Positions 51,259-61,356 are shown, numbered from the whole stretch's first letter. The stretch: 63,951 nucleotides of DNA, filler included, from 5 parts of 5 records of this genome joined end to end with filler, not necessarily neighbours in it; one strand, 5' to 3'. Translations and numbers: made by a program. Notes: generated by a model from the letters alone, not told the origin.

Positions 51259-51756
51259 ATGCGATCCACAATCTTTCACATCCTTCTAGTCGCCTTAGCC
51301 TGGTGCATAGCGTTCTCGATCGTCAGAACGCAGGATTGGTCTGGTCTTTCGCGGCGGCCACTAGACAAAAAGACATATTCTGAGATCGCGGTTTATTGCA
51401 GTGCCGAACTTGAAGGATTTGAGCCTGAGATACCGCTCACCGACGATGCTTGGGGCAATCCCTACACCTTCGTTCCACGAGAAGAGCTCACAAGCGAGAT
51501 CGAGATTCCGACTCGGGCAGAACAGAAGACGCACGTTTTTTCCATGGGAGCAGACGGTGTTAGCGAGTCGGCTGGCAACGACCCCGATGACATCAACTCG
51601 TGGAATAGCAACTCGATGAAACTTTACGAACGTCGCTGGCAAAAAGAGGTTCTCGATCGCGAGGCAATGGTACCATCGATCATTGTGACGCCATTCATTT
51701 ACCTAGCCGGCCTTGTCCTCTTTCGGCTCTGCGCGCTTCTCGTGCCAGCAAGGTAG
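51259..51756 (+). CDS. membrane protein with GspG/T2SS-pseudopilin-like C-terminal motif
   Basis: DAWGNPY...SMGADG....DDINSW between two hydrophobic helices. Confidence 0.6.
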   Translation: MRSTIFHILLVALAWCIAFSIVRTQDWSGLSRRPLDKKTYSEIAVYCSAELEGFEPEIPLTDDAWGNPYTFVPREELTSEIEIPTRAEQKTHVFSMGADGVSESAGNDPDDINSWNSNSMKLYERRWQKEVLDREAMVPSIIVTPFIYLAGLVLFRLCALLVPAR

Positions 51757-51999
51757 CAGCGGATGATCGCGAGACTGCCTTGCAGCATCGGCATTGATCA
51801 AGGCCGATACTCATCAAGCACGTAGGAACACCACTGTTCTTCTCTGGTGCAAACCAGTGCATTGGTGCAGGTTGGCCTAGAAGAATCGCCCCTGCCGCAG
51901 GTCAGAAATGCGGCAGGGGATTATGAGAAAGCCAGAGGCTCACGTTCGCAGAGGCTGTTGCACAGCCGAAGAATTCAACGATCGCGAACCGTCAACGAA

Positions 52000-54090
52000 T
52001 TAGTCGAGCCTGTCGGCGACGTAGGCCTGCATGCTGCGGTAGGTCATCTCGACCTTGCGGTTGGCTGGTGCAGCGGGACCGTTGAGCTCAGGGAAAATGT
52101 CGCTACCAGATTCACCAGCAGTGTCAATCAGGAGACTCCACCGGAGGCCTCTGATCTGATCTGGCAAGTGGAACGTCATCTCGTCACCTGTCCCGTTGAA
52201 CAGCAGCAAGAGATCGCGCCCCGTGCCGTCTGGGTCGTCGGCCGGTGCAGGAGCTGGCAACCAACACACTAGTCCACCGCTCGGATTTTCCCAGTTGAAG
52301 GTCAGACCGAGGTGATTGAACCAGTTGACGTCTGCGACGCCACGAGCATCGAAGGGCCGTCCGGTCAGGAAGCGTGTTCGCCGGAGTGTCGGTTGACTCT
52401 TGCGAAGTGCAATCAGACCTTTGACAAAGGTCAGCAGGCTGTCATTCCGCTTGACCAGTTTCCAATCGAACCAGGAGACGTCGTTGTCTTGGCAGTAGGC
52501 GTTGTTGTTGCCCTTTTGAGTTCGGCGGATTTCGTCACCCATGACCAACATCGGCACGCCCTGACTGAGCAGCAGCGTCGACATCATGTTCTTGATCTGT
52601 CGGAGCCTTAGGCGTTCAATCGGCTTCCGTCGCGTCGGTCCTTCTACTCCGTAGTTGTCGCTTTCGTTGTTGTTATCGCCGTCACGATTCCCTTCGCCAT
52701 TTGCCTCGTTATGCTTGTCTTTGTAGCTAACAAGGTCGTTCAGCGTGAATCCATCGTGACTGGTGATGAAGTTAATGCTGCAGTACGGTGCTCGGCCGGC
52801 GTGCTCGTATAGGTCGCTTGATCCAGCCAATCGAGTTGCCATTGGGCCAATCATCCCGTCGTCACCGCGCCAGTACTTCCGTACGTCATCGCGGTAGCGA
52901 CCATTCCACTCAGCCCAACGCAAGTCACCGAAGGAGCCAACCTGGTAAGCACCTGCGGCATCCCAAGCTTCTGCGATGATCTTCGTATCGGCCAACATTG
53001 GGTCTTCGGCGATCATCTCGACCATTGGAGGATTCGGCATCAGGTTGCCGTAACGGTCCCGTGACAGAATGCTCGCCAAGTCGAAGCGGAAGCCGTCGAC
53101 GTGATAATTGTGCACCCAGTGTCGCAGGCAGTGGAAAATCAGCTCGCGACAGATTGGGTGATTGCCGTTGAACGTATTGCCGCACCCAGAGTAATTGCTG
53201 TAATGGCTGCCGCCGCTGTTCAAGATATAGTAGACCTGGTTTTCAAGGCCCTTGAAGCTCAGCACTGGGCCATGTTCATTGCCTTCGCAGGTATGATTGA
53301 AGACAACGTCCAAGATGACTTCGATGCCTGCCTGGTGCAGCGCCTTGACCATTGTCTTGAATTCGTTCACCTGTGCGCCAGGCTCACTACTGGAGGCGTA
53401 GCCACGGTGAGGTGCGAAGAACGCCATGGGGTCATAGCCCCAGTAGTTGCCACGCTCGGGCTCGTTGCCGTGGATATCCAGAATTGGGAATTCATGCACC
53501 GGCATCAGCTCGACTGCGGTGATGCCCAGTTCTTGCAGGTACGGAATCTTCTCGATTAAGCCGAGGTAAGACCCCGAGTGCTTGACGCGCGAACTCTTGC
53601 TCTGTGTGAATCCACGAACATGAGTTTCGTAGATGACCGTTTCCGCCAGAGGACGACGGAGGTGGCGGTCACCGGCCCAGTCAAACGAGTCGTCAATGAC
53701 AACGCACTTCGGTGGACGAATGATTCCATCGGTGCTTTTCTGAAAGCAGCCCGCCAGCGATTTTGCATAGGGGTCGATCAGTCGTGCGTTGCCGTCGAAC
53801 CACTGGCCCGACTCGGGATCGAACGGTCCATTGGCTTGGAAGTGGTAGAGCTGCCCAGGGCCGATGCCTGGCACGAACGCACTCCAAACGTCGCCCCAAC
53901 GATCGGTGTCGCGGTCGAAGTCGATGACTTCACTTGGTTCGCGATCGTCTACCGAATCGTACAACAGCACTCGCATGGCCGTTGCACTTCTGGAGAACAC
54001 TACGAATTGAACTCCCTGGTCGGAGACAACTGCTCCGTAGGGTAGTTTGTAGGGGAACTGTAACTCAGGATGCGGGTGTCGCATGAGCAT
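52000..54090 (-). CDS. glgX: glycogen debranching enzyme (isoamylase, GH13)
   Basis: IDPYAK, VELMPVH, NYWGYDP, DVVFNHT, DGFRFDLAS, AEAWD, HDGFTL, QGVPM, NNNAYCQDN. Confidence 0.95.
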   Translation of the reverse strand: MLMRHPHPELQFPYKLPYGAVVSDQGVQFVVFSRSATAMRVLLYDSVDDREPSEVIDFDRDTDRWGDVWSAFVPGIGPGQLYHFQANGPFDPESGQWFDGNARLIDPYAKSLAGCFQKSTDGIIRPPKCVVIDDSFDWAGDRHLRRPLAETVIYETHVRGFTQSKSSRVKHSGSYLGLIEKIPYLQELGITAVELMPVHEFPILDIHGNEPERGNYWGYDPMAFFAPHRGYASSSEPGAQVNEFKTMVKALHQAGIEVILDVVFNHTCEGNEHGPVLSFKGLENQVYYILNSGGSHYSNYSGCGNTFNGNHPICRELIFHCLRHWVHNYHVDGFRFDLASILSRDRYGNLMPNPPMVEMIAEDPMLADTKIIAEAWDAAGAYQVGSFGDLRWAEWNGRYRDDVRKYWRGDDGMIGPMATRLAGSSDLYEHAGRAPYCSINFITSHDGFTLNDLVSYKDKHNEANGEGNRDGDNNNESDNYGVEGPTRRKPIERLRLRQIKNMMSTLLLSQGVPMLVMGDEIRRTQKGNNNAYCQDNDVSWFDWKLVKRNDSLLTFVKGLIALRKSQPTLRRTRFLTGRPFDARGVADVNWFNHLGLTFNWENPSGGLVCWLPAPAPADDPDGTGRDLLLLFNGTGDEMTFHLPDQIRGLRWSLLIDTAGESGSDIFPELNGPAAPANRKVEMTYRSMQAYVADRLD

Positions 54091-54946
54091 ACTTCGTAAG
54101 GTCCTTCATGGATCGAGTCTAAGGGCTTCCCGTTGCGGCGTCAGGGTGACAAGTGAAACATACCACTCGAAATTCTGAGGCAACGAGATCGCGCCGGACG
54201 CACATTGGAATTCCGCTGTGCGCGGTTCCCGTTGTGCGACCTACCCCGGACCTTATCGACCAATGAAGTAGTGATGTTGGGCGAAGAAGTATCGATTCTC
54301 CTGGTTTATAGCGGTTTTCCGCGGTAATTTACAGCGTCCCCGGTGACTTTAACGCCGCGCCCAGTGCGCTGCGCAGGTCTCTTGAGGCGATGGAAGATCG
54401 GCGCGAAGACGACTCAGCGGACGGTCAAGATCTCCGCGATTGCCCGCTCAGTTTGGTGCAGTGGTTTGCTCGCTTTCGCATTACGGGGCCGATCACTACC
54501 ATTAGCTGAACTTTAGTGTGGGCGTACGCACCGAGCGGAAAGTTGCCGACAATCCATCGGTTGGGATGCTAGCAGCCGGCCAGAGCAAATGAGGAAGCTG
54601 TACTGGCGGTTTTGTGGCCCGCCAAAGCGAGGCCTCAGCCCTCGTTCCCTTAGATTTTTCTGAACTTTGTCTCGGGCCATTCGCCAATCTGCCAGCCTAT
54701 TTTGCCTGTGCTGCCTATTCGGCAACCGCCGCCAAGGTCGCAGATCGGTGCTCAGAGGCTGGCACTTTCACGCCACATCCGTTCGTCGAGCTTCGAAGAT
54801 ACTTGTCGCGGCCCCACATTCTGGCTACTATCTAGGGACCTTAGGGATTTGCGGCCGCTTGCAGCCTAAACTGCTAAAGAGCCACCAGAGACGTTTCATG
54901 CCAGTCCGCCACGCGCGACGATGATCGACTCCGAAAGTGCTGTGAC

Positions 54947-54983
54947 AGCCGCAATTCCAGATTGGAGAGTTGCGGCTTTTTTT
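54947..54983 (+). terminator. intrinsic terminator in the leader of the met operon (possible attenuator)
   Basis: AGCCGCAATT-CCAGATTGGAG-AGTTGCGGCT followed by a T run, about 75 nt before the ORF. Confidence 0.7.
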
Positions 54984-55057
54984 GTGCGCCCACATGCGGA
55001 CCGCCACAGGCAACTTTCCCATAAAAGAAAATTGGCAATCGTAAGCAGGCCTAAGAC

Positions 55058-56293
55058 ATGTCAACGCGAGTGACCATGGACAACCAGAATAAATCCGAAA
55101 GCGGCCAGTCAGCAAACGCTCAGAATCGGTTGGGCGAGTCGACCGTCAGCGTACATGGCGGTGAAGCGAGATCGAAGCCGCTGGATGCAATCACCGACTC
55201 CATTGTATGCAGTTCGACCTACACATTCGAAGACTCCGATTCGATCATTCGTTTTATCGAAGAAGGGCAGCAGCGCGAGGAGTACGGTCGCTACGGCAAT
55301 CCGAACGAACGTGTTGTCGAGCGTAAACTTGCCGAGCTGGATGGGGGCGAAGACTGCGTCGTTTACTCAACGGGCATGGCCGCCATTGTTGGATTGCTGA
55401 TGGCTAAGCTAAGCGCCGGCGACGAGATTGTGTTCTTTGATCAGTGTTACCACCGCAGTCGTGAGTTCTGCTACAAGCATCTTTCGCGATTCGGCGTGGT
55501 CACACATCAGGTGCCAACTGGTGATTTCGATGCGATGGAAGCGGCCATCAACAAGAACACCAAAATGTTGGTCAGCGAGTCGCCCACCAATCCTCACCTG
55601 ACGTGCGTGGACCTTGAGCAGTTTGTTGCACTAGGGAAAGACCACGAGGTAGAAACGCTGATCGACGCTACCTTGGCGACCCCCTTCAACATTAAGCCGT
55701 TGGATTTTGGCGTCGACTATGTTCTCCACTCCGCGACCAAGTACCTTGGCGGACACAACGACCTGCTTGCGGGCAGCATTACCGGTGCAAAGGACAAGCT
55801 GGAAGATGTTCGCAGCCTGCGAGGCGTGATGGGCGGAATTAACTCGCCGCACAATCTCTACTTGCTACAACGAGGGCTCAAGACGTTTTCACTGCGGATG
55901 CAACGTCACAATGAAAACGGCATGGCACTCGCAAATTTCCTATGCGACCATCCGCGAGTCGAAAAGGTCTACTATCCAGGGCTTACCGATCATCCGTCGC
56001 ACGAAATCGCAACGCGCACCATGAACGGCTTCGGAGGGCTGGTTACGTTCTTGGTCAAAGATGCTGACTGGCGAGCGACCGCCGATATCGTTGACCGTGC
56101 AAAGCTGGCGCGAATTGGTCCCAGCTTGGGCGGTGTCGAATCGCTTATTGAGCAGCCCCTTGTGATGAGCTACTACCAACAAACGCCTGAAAATCGCAAG
56201 AAATTCGGAATCCCCGACAACATGATCCGCTTGGCCTGCGGGATAGAAGACACGGATGATCTTCTGGCCGATATTGCCCAAGCTCTTGGGTAA
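55058..56293 (+). CDS. metB: cystathionine gamma-synthase (Cys/Met metabolism PLP enzyme)
   Basis: EYGRYGNP, STGMAA, ESPTNP, HSATKYLGGHND, SLGGVESLIEQP. The YGRYGNP and EQP..MSY signature fits the plant-type CGS subgroup; start may be 55076. Confidence 0.8.
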   Translation: MSTRVTMDNQNKSESGQSANAQNRLGESTVSVHGGEARSKPLDAITDSIVCSSTYTFEDSDSIIRFIEEGQQREEYGRYGNPNERVVERKLAELDGGEDCVVYSTGMAAIVGLLMAKLSAGDEIVFFDQCYHRSREFCYKHLSRFGVVTHQVPTGDFDAMEAAINKNTKMLVSESPTNPHLTCVDLEQFVALGKDHEVETLIDATLATPFNIKPLDFGVDYVLHSATKYLGGHNDLLAGSITGAKDKLEDVRSLRGVMGGINSPHNLYLLQRGLKTFSLRMQRHNENGMALANFLCDHPRVEKVYYPGLTDHPSHEIATRTMNGFGGLVTFLVKDADWRATADIVDRAKLARIGPSLGGVESLIEQPLVMSYYQQTPENRKKFGIPDNMIRLACGIEDTDDLLADIAQALG

Positions 56294-56332
56294 GATTTGC
56301 CGCAACACATTTTTTGATTGTGAAGAAAGATC

Positions 56333-57484
56333 ATGAAGTTTCGAACTCGCGCGATCCATGTCGGCAATGCTCCTGATCCACAGACGGGCGCGGTGGTGCA
56401 GCCGATTCACACCGCCACCACCTACGTACAGCCTGGCGCTGGTGACTGGGGGAAGTTTGACTACTCGCGCAGCGGCAATCCGACTCGGTCGGCCGTCGAG
56501 CAAACACTTGCATCGCTAGAAGGAGGCTGTGGAGCACTCGCGTTTGCCTCCGGTATGGCTGCCACTCACGCGGCCACGATGCTTCTTTCTGCTGGCGACC
56601 ACGTGCTAGCGGGCATGGACATCTACGGAGGCAGCTATCGCCTCCTGCACAACATCTGCAAGGCAGCCGGCATCGAAGTAACGTTAATCGATCTCGATGA
56701 TCCTGGCTCGATCGCGAACAATATCAAGCCCAATTCCAAGATGCTTTGGCTGGAGGGAATTGGGAACCCGTTGATGACCGTTCCCGATCTGCCTGCACTG
56801 ACGGGGCAGGCGCACAAGGCTGGGTTGATCGTTGGAGTCGACAACACGTTCGCGACTCCGGTCCTCTATCGACCGATTGAACATGGTGTTGACATCGTGA
56901 TGCACTCGGGAACGAAGTACTTGGGCGGACACAGCGATTGCCTGGCTGGTGTACTGGTCAGCCGCGAACAAGAAATGCACGACCGCTTGTACTACATACA
57001 AAACGCCACAGGCGCAGTGCTTTCGCCCTTTGATTCATTCTTGTTGGGCCGAGGACTCAAGACACTGCAGTTGCGTGTGCTAGAGCAATCTCGAACAGCG
57101 CTCCGCATTGCAGAGTTCCTTGAAGGACACAGCCGGGTTGCAAAAGTGCTCTACCCAGGGCTTGCTTCCCACGCTGACCACGCTCGTGCCAAAGAACTAC
57201 TAGACGGCGGATTCGGCGGTATGATCACCTTCGAGGTCGATGGCGACTACGAGGCAACGAAACGAGTCGTTAAGGAAACGAAGCTCTTTGGGTTAGCCGT
57301 CAGCTTGGGGGCTGTTGAGTCGTTGATTGAGCAACCGGCTAGCATGTCGCACGCCAGCTATGATGCCGAGGCGAGAGCAAAAGCGGGGATCACTGATGGG
57401 CTAATTCGTTTGTCCGTTGGCTTGGAAGATGCCGACGACTTGATCCAAGACCTCGACCAGGCAATTGAACAAGGATGCTCCTAA
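56333..57484 (+). CDS. cystathionine gamma/beta-lyase-like trans-sulfuration enzyme
   Basis: YSRSGNPTR, FASGMAA, DNTFATP, HSGTKYLGGHSD, SLGAVESL, RLSVGLED. Confidence 0.9.
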   Translation: MKFRTRAIHVGNAPDPQTGAVVQPIHTATTYVQPGAGDWGKFDYSRSGNPTRSAVEQTLASLEGGCGALAFASGMAATHAATMLLSAGDHVLAGMDIYGGSYRLLHNICKAAGIEVTLIDLDDPGSIANNIKPNSKMLWLEGIGNPLMTVPDLPALTGQAHKAGLIVGVDNTFATPVLYRPIEHGVDIVMHSGTKYLGGHSDCLAGVLVSREQEMHDRLYYIQNATGAVLSPFDSFLLGRGLKTLQLRVLEQSRTALRIAEFLEGHSRVAKVLYPGLASHADHARAKELLDGGFGGMITFEVDGDYEATKRVVKETKLFGLAVSLGAVESLIEQPASMSHASYDAEARAKAGITDGLIRLSVGLEDADDLIQDLDQAIEQGCS

Positions 57485-57485
57485 G

Positions 57486-57956
57486 ATGTCTGATCCGGCA
57501 CCTCAAATCCGAGTCGTCCAGCTATACACAGACGGTGCATGCAGTGGTAATCCTGGCCCTGGCGGTTGGGCATTCGTTCTGCGCGACGTCAAGACTCGCA
57601 AGGAACTAACCGACTCCGGCGGGGATTACGAAACCACCAACAACCGGATGGAAATGCAGGCGGTTATCGAAGGCCTCTCACGACTGAAGAAGAAGTGCCG
57701 CGTCGAGCTGTATTCTGATTCTAGCTACGTGCTCCAAGGGCTGCGGGAATGGATGCGAGGCTGGAAAAAGAAGGGCTGGGTTCGCAAGGAGGGCGGCAAG
57801 AACAAGCCCGTCAAGAACGTCGAACTGTGGCAGCAACTCGATGTCTTGGTCAGCAAACACGACATGTCTTACCATCACGTGAAGGGCCACAGCGGTCACC
57901 CCGAGAATGAACGCTGCGACGAAATGGCCGTCGAGGCATCGATGCGTTTTCGGTAG
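57486..57956 (+). CDS. rnhA: ribonuclease HI
   Basis: YTDGACSGNPGPGGW, TTNNRME, SDSSYV, VKNVELW, HVKGHSGHPENERCD. Confidence 0.96.
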   Translation: MSDPAPQIRVVQLYTDGACSGNPGPGGWAFVLRDVKTRKELTDSGGDYETTNNRMEMQAVIEGLSRLKKKCRVELYSDSSYVLQGLREWMRGWKKKGWVRKEGGKNKPVKNVELWQQLDVLVSKHDMSYHHVKGHSGHPENERCDEMAVEASMRFR

Positions 57957-58015
57957 GTCATGCCTGGCTTCACGATCGGTGTAGTGGAGCGCCTAGGCGA
58001 AGCACGCGAGTTGCG

Positions 58016-58060
58016 TTAACCACCGCAGCCGCCACAACCACCGCAGCCGCCCCCTCCACA
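58016..58060 (-). CDS. truncated C-terminus of a protein ending CGGGGCGGCGGCGG (TIGR04222-like Gly/Cys tail)
   Basis: Minus-strand translation at the contig edge ends in TAA at 58016-58018. Confidence 0.55.
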   Translation of the reverse strand, partial: CGGGGCGGCGGCGG

Positions 58061-58061
58061 T

Positions 58062-58161
58062 NNNNNNNNNNNNNNNNNNNNNNNNNNNNNNNNNNNNNNN
58101 NNNNNTTAATTAATTAANNNNNNNNNNNNNNNNNNNNNNNNNNNNNNNNNNNNNNNNNNNN
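58062..58161. other. artificial contig linker
   Basis: N/TTAATTAATTAA/N spacer. Confidence 0.98.
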
Positions 58162-58164
58162 ACA

Positions 58165-58214
58165 AAACAATCAAAAAGCCTGAGACCCGAATAGAATGAA
58201 GGGGCTCAAAGCGC
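58165..58214 (+). repeat. dispersed AAAGCCTGAG...CTCAAAGCG repeat, copy C
   Basis: AAACAATCAAAAAGCCTGAGACCCGAATAGAATGAAGGGGCTCAAAGCGC. Confidence 0.7.
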
Positions 58215-58350
58215 GCAAGACACGCCCCAAATCCGTCAATAAACAGACCAACCCGCGAGAGTTTATACAATCGAGAGTTGGCCACTTTTCAGCACGTTGA
58301 CTGAACCTGACAAACATGGATCTTGAGCACGACACGCGCTAAACACGTGT

Positions 58351-60339
58351 TTAACGCACAACCCCAAAACGCACAGTCTCAAACCCGCCAGACTTAAACT
58401 CAATCCGCACAACGTAAAGTCCCACAGCTAGTGAGTGAGTGTCAATCCGCAGAGACTCACCCACGGCACGTAGCTGCATAACACCGCGCCCCAACTGATC
58501 GTGCACCTGCACTTTTGCGCCGCTTAAGTTAGGATGTTCGATATTTAAACGCTCCGTACTCGGATTTGGGAATACACGCAAGCTAAGCTTTGCATCATCC
58601 TGGCCTTCAACTGAACTGACGACGGCGCCAACCCGGCTCGTAACGATATTGCTGCTTAACAACTCTTGTGCCGGCCGCTCCTCGTCCGCAGTTGCGGCAT
58701 ATTCAAGCTTAACCTTCACGTAGTTCTCCAGGTAATGCCCCTCCGGCAAATCCTGACGCAGCTGCGCACTTAAACGCAGGAAAGCCCTGCCGCCCAAGCC
58801 GTCGGCATTTGCGGGCTCCAGGTTAACATTGTCAAACACAAAATCCGTTGCACCGTCAGCACCTTGCACAATTGAGTACGGGTGACTGGCAGCAAGCGGC
58901 GCTACACTGCCCGCAACAAAGTCCTGGTGAAAAGGCACGGAAATCCGCATCGACTTTACCGGCCGCGCATCAGAATTGTTAATCTGCAGCATAAACTCCA
59001 TTTCCTCGTCGGCCTCAACGCTATTACTCCCCGCAGCATCACGCTCGCGTTTTAGTCGTGAGAGCAGAATCTGATCCATTTTGCCGACAATCGTTTGGCA
59101 ATAGTTGTCGGTCTCGCTGAAATTCGGCACGAGTGAAGTGAAAGTAGCAGCGACACACAGAGCTTCGCCCTGCAACAGCGGATCGTTGGGCAGCATCATA
59201 TCAACAAAGATGATAAAACGCTCACCCGGTGCCAGGTCATTAAACCGCCAGCCGGCGATATCAGAAGCCTGGCTGCCTGCAGCCGGACGCGCAGAGACAA
59301 AACTTAACAAGTTATTAAACTCAAGCTGGACTTCACCTGAGAGCGGTGCATCCGTGGTATTCATCGCAAAAAGTCGGTATTGCATAGGCTTGCCCGGCAG
59401 GGCTGCGTCTGCACCGACAGAAATAAACGCATTATTGATGGGTTCAAATGATTTGCGCAGCGGAATATCGACGATATCGGCAGAACCCTCCGTAAAGTCA
59501 TGCCTGATTGCCGCCGTGCCGCAGCTGAGTCTGTATTCCCGTGCATCATTGTCAACTGCCAGCGAAAGGCTGTTTTCCTGCGTGCGCAGCAAACCCAGTC
59601 CCTCCGTATTAAACTGGATGGGGTTTCCGGGATCAGCAACATCAATCAGGCCGGGCGGCTGCAGCATTTTTTCGCCGCGGTCAAAAAGGCAGTTGCCGTT
59701 CAGGTCTTCAAAGGCACGCAGGAATACAACTCCACCTACAGTTTCAGTGACTTTGTACTCGAGCACGCGCACGGTAAAACTTACTGTTTTAAGGTCGTTT
59801 ATGTCCAGTTCGTTGTAGAAACGAATTGTCTGCATACTCCAATCGGCCAGGTCCACACCCTGAGGCCGTTCAAATTGGTCTTCACCATAACATTCGCTGT
59901 TTTCCCAGGCGACAGTGAGTTTGGGAAATGCAAATGGTGTGTTGGAACTCGGAATCATGTCATTAGAGAAAAACATCGAAAGTTCGTTGCGGCAGACCCC
60001 GTTGTCGCGCTCTTCTTCCGTCACTCTGTGAGAGACGACCTGATAGTTTTGATCTGCCGGCGCTTCGGTCGTGACATTCTGATTCCAGAGGCGCAGGCTT
60101 CTGGACAAGGCAGGGCCGAATATGGACTCCTGGCGCGGTAACGTAGACAGGTAGGTTTCCAGTTCGGCCGTCATGGCATCACCTAGCGCGATTTTGCCCT
60201 CTAAAACGTTGGACTCATCGCGGATTTCAATTACTTCACATTTTGCTTCAATCTTCACGGCCTGGGCCGCTTGTACCCCTTGTGGAATGCTCAATATTCC
60301 GGCGCCTAACAGGGCCACAACAATAATAGTACTACGCAT
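58351..60339 (-). CDS. T9SS type A sorting-domain protein, divergent paralogue of 61357-63339
   Basis: Signal peptide, FEDLNGNC..D.GE, DUF11-like segment, C-terminal VFPNPS...G.YVV. Confidence 0.8.
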   Translation of the reverse strand: MRSTIIVVALLGAGILSIPQGVQAAQAVKIEAKCEVIEIRDESNVLEGKIALGDAMTAELETYLSTLPRQESIFGPALSRSLRLWNQNVTTEAPADQNYQVVSHRVTEEERDNGVCRNELSMFFSNDMIPSSNTPFAFPKLTVAWENSECYGEDQFERPQGVDLADWSMQTIRFYNELDINDLKTVSFTVRVLEYKVTETVGGVVFLRAFEDLNGNCLFDRGEKMLQPPGLIDVADPGNPIQFNTEGLGLLRTQENSLSLAVDNDAREYRLSCGTAAIRHDFTEGSADIVDIPLRKSFEPINNAFISVGADAALPGKPMQYRLFAMNTTDAPLSGEVQLEFNNLLSFVSARPAAGSQASDIAGWRFNDLAPGERFIIFVDMMLPNDPLLQGEALCVAATFTSLVPNFSETDNYCQTIVGKMDQILLSRLKRERDAAGSNSVEADEEMEFMLQINNSDARPVKSMRISVPFHQDFVAGSVAPLAASHPYSIVQGADGATDFVFDNVNLEPANADGLGGRAFLRLSAQLRQDLPEGHYLENYVKVKLEYAATADEERPAQELLSSNIVTSRVGAVVSSVEGQDDAKLSLRVFPNPSTERLNIEHPNLSGAKVQVHDQLGRGVMQLRAVGESLRIDTHSLAVGLYVVRIEFKSGGFETVRFGVVR

Positions 60340-60685
60340 CTTATAACCTTTCAGAAAATGTGTGCAAGCGGACCAGGATCGCACATTGAGGGTAGCTGCA
60401 TTGCCAGGAAACCACCACGCCGTATAACTGACTGTTACTGCTGACTGTAAGCAGCGTGGGTCTGGAAAAATACAGGGTCAATACAGATTAGTTAAGCAGC
60501 CCATTTTTGGTGCGCTGCCCGCCACAGAATACTGGCCGGGTGCTACTCTGCAGTAAGTTAACACACGATAGATTTTGCGCAGGCAGACCAAAAGAGTGGC
60601 TCCAGGCTGCATGCAGGGGTGGTGGGTAATGTGCAAAAACATTAAGTACAAAACAAATGCTGCATTAAGAATCAATTACAAACAA

Positions 60686-60733
60686 AAAAATCAAGAAGCC
60701 TGAGACCCGAATAACATGAAGGGGCTCAAAGTG
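60686..60733 (+). repeat. dispersed AAGCCTGAG...CTCAAAG repeat, copy D
   Basis: AATCAAGAAGCCTGAGACCCGAATAACATGAAGGGGCTCAAAGTG, near-identical to copy C. Confidence 0.75.
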
Positions 60734-60808
60734 ATTCTCTGGGCGATTCTCAGGGCAACACTCTGGGCAACACTCTGGGCAACACTGCGAACGATTTTAA
60801 GGGTAACA
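60725..60808 (+). repeat. 12-bp tandem repeat, about 7 degenerate units (CTCTGGGCAACA)
   Basis: ctcaaagtgatt ctctgggcgatt ctcagggcaaca ctctgggcaaca ctctgggcaaca ctgcgaacgatt ttaagggtaaca. Confidence 0.75.
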
Positions 60809-60944
60809 CATGACATAGAACGGCAACGCAAAACAATGCAGGCGAAAACAGCAAAGAGTGGACCGCGAAGCGACAGTATATTAAAGAGTCAGGCCCGTCC
60901 TCGTGCAAAGAGCAGGCCTGACTCAGTGGTGGATGTTTGCGCTG

Positions 60945-60983
60945 AAATCTACGTGAAAATCTACGTGAAAATCTACGTGAAAA
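60945..60983 (+). repeat. 12-bp tandem repeat x3 (AAATCTACGTGA)
   Basis: Three exact copies. Confidence 0.85.
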
Positions 60984-61232
60984 AAACAGCTTTAAACTGG
61001 CATACAAACCGCAAATTTTGTTTGGCGGATGGCATCGAGGGGTTTATTTATTGTTCCTGGGGAGTTCCAGGTGGCATTTGATGGCGGCGAGCAGCGGGAC
61101 ACATGCTCTATTCTGTCGGACTGTCCTGTCGGACTGTCCTGCTAACAGCCAAAGCGGCTTTTTGTATCGCACCTTTTTTGACAAAACTGAAATTGCCTGG
61201 CACAAAGCCGCCAGGGCCCGCTAATCATTAAC

Positions 61233-61273
61233 AAAAAAAAACGCCTACACTTCGAGAGCTCGAAGCATAGGCG
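61233..61273 (-). terminator. intrinsic terminator after the upstream T9SS cargo gene
   Basis: Minus strand CGCCTATGCTTCGAG-CT-CTCGAAGTGTAGGCG followed by T9. Confidence 0.88.
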
Positions 61274-61356
61274 CTGCTTAGAAGGCGGACAGATCTTCGG
61301 CTAAACTGCGTTCTTCATTGCATTATGCCTGGATGTTGTCCGTAGTTTTACGCGGC

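Noticed and set aside
57486-57956. rnhA as part of the retron system
   Set aside because: RNase H helps msDNA maturation, but this gene is on a different contig in a met operon; no linkage shown.
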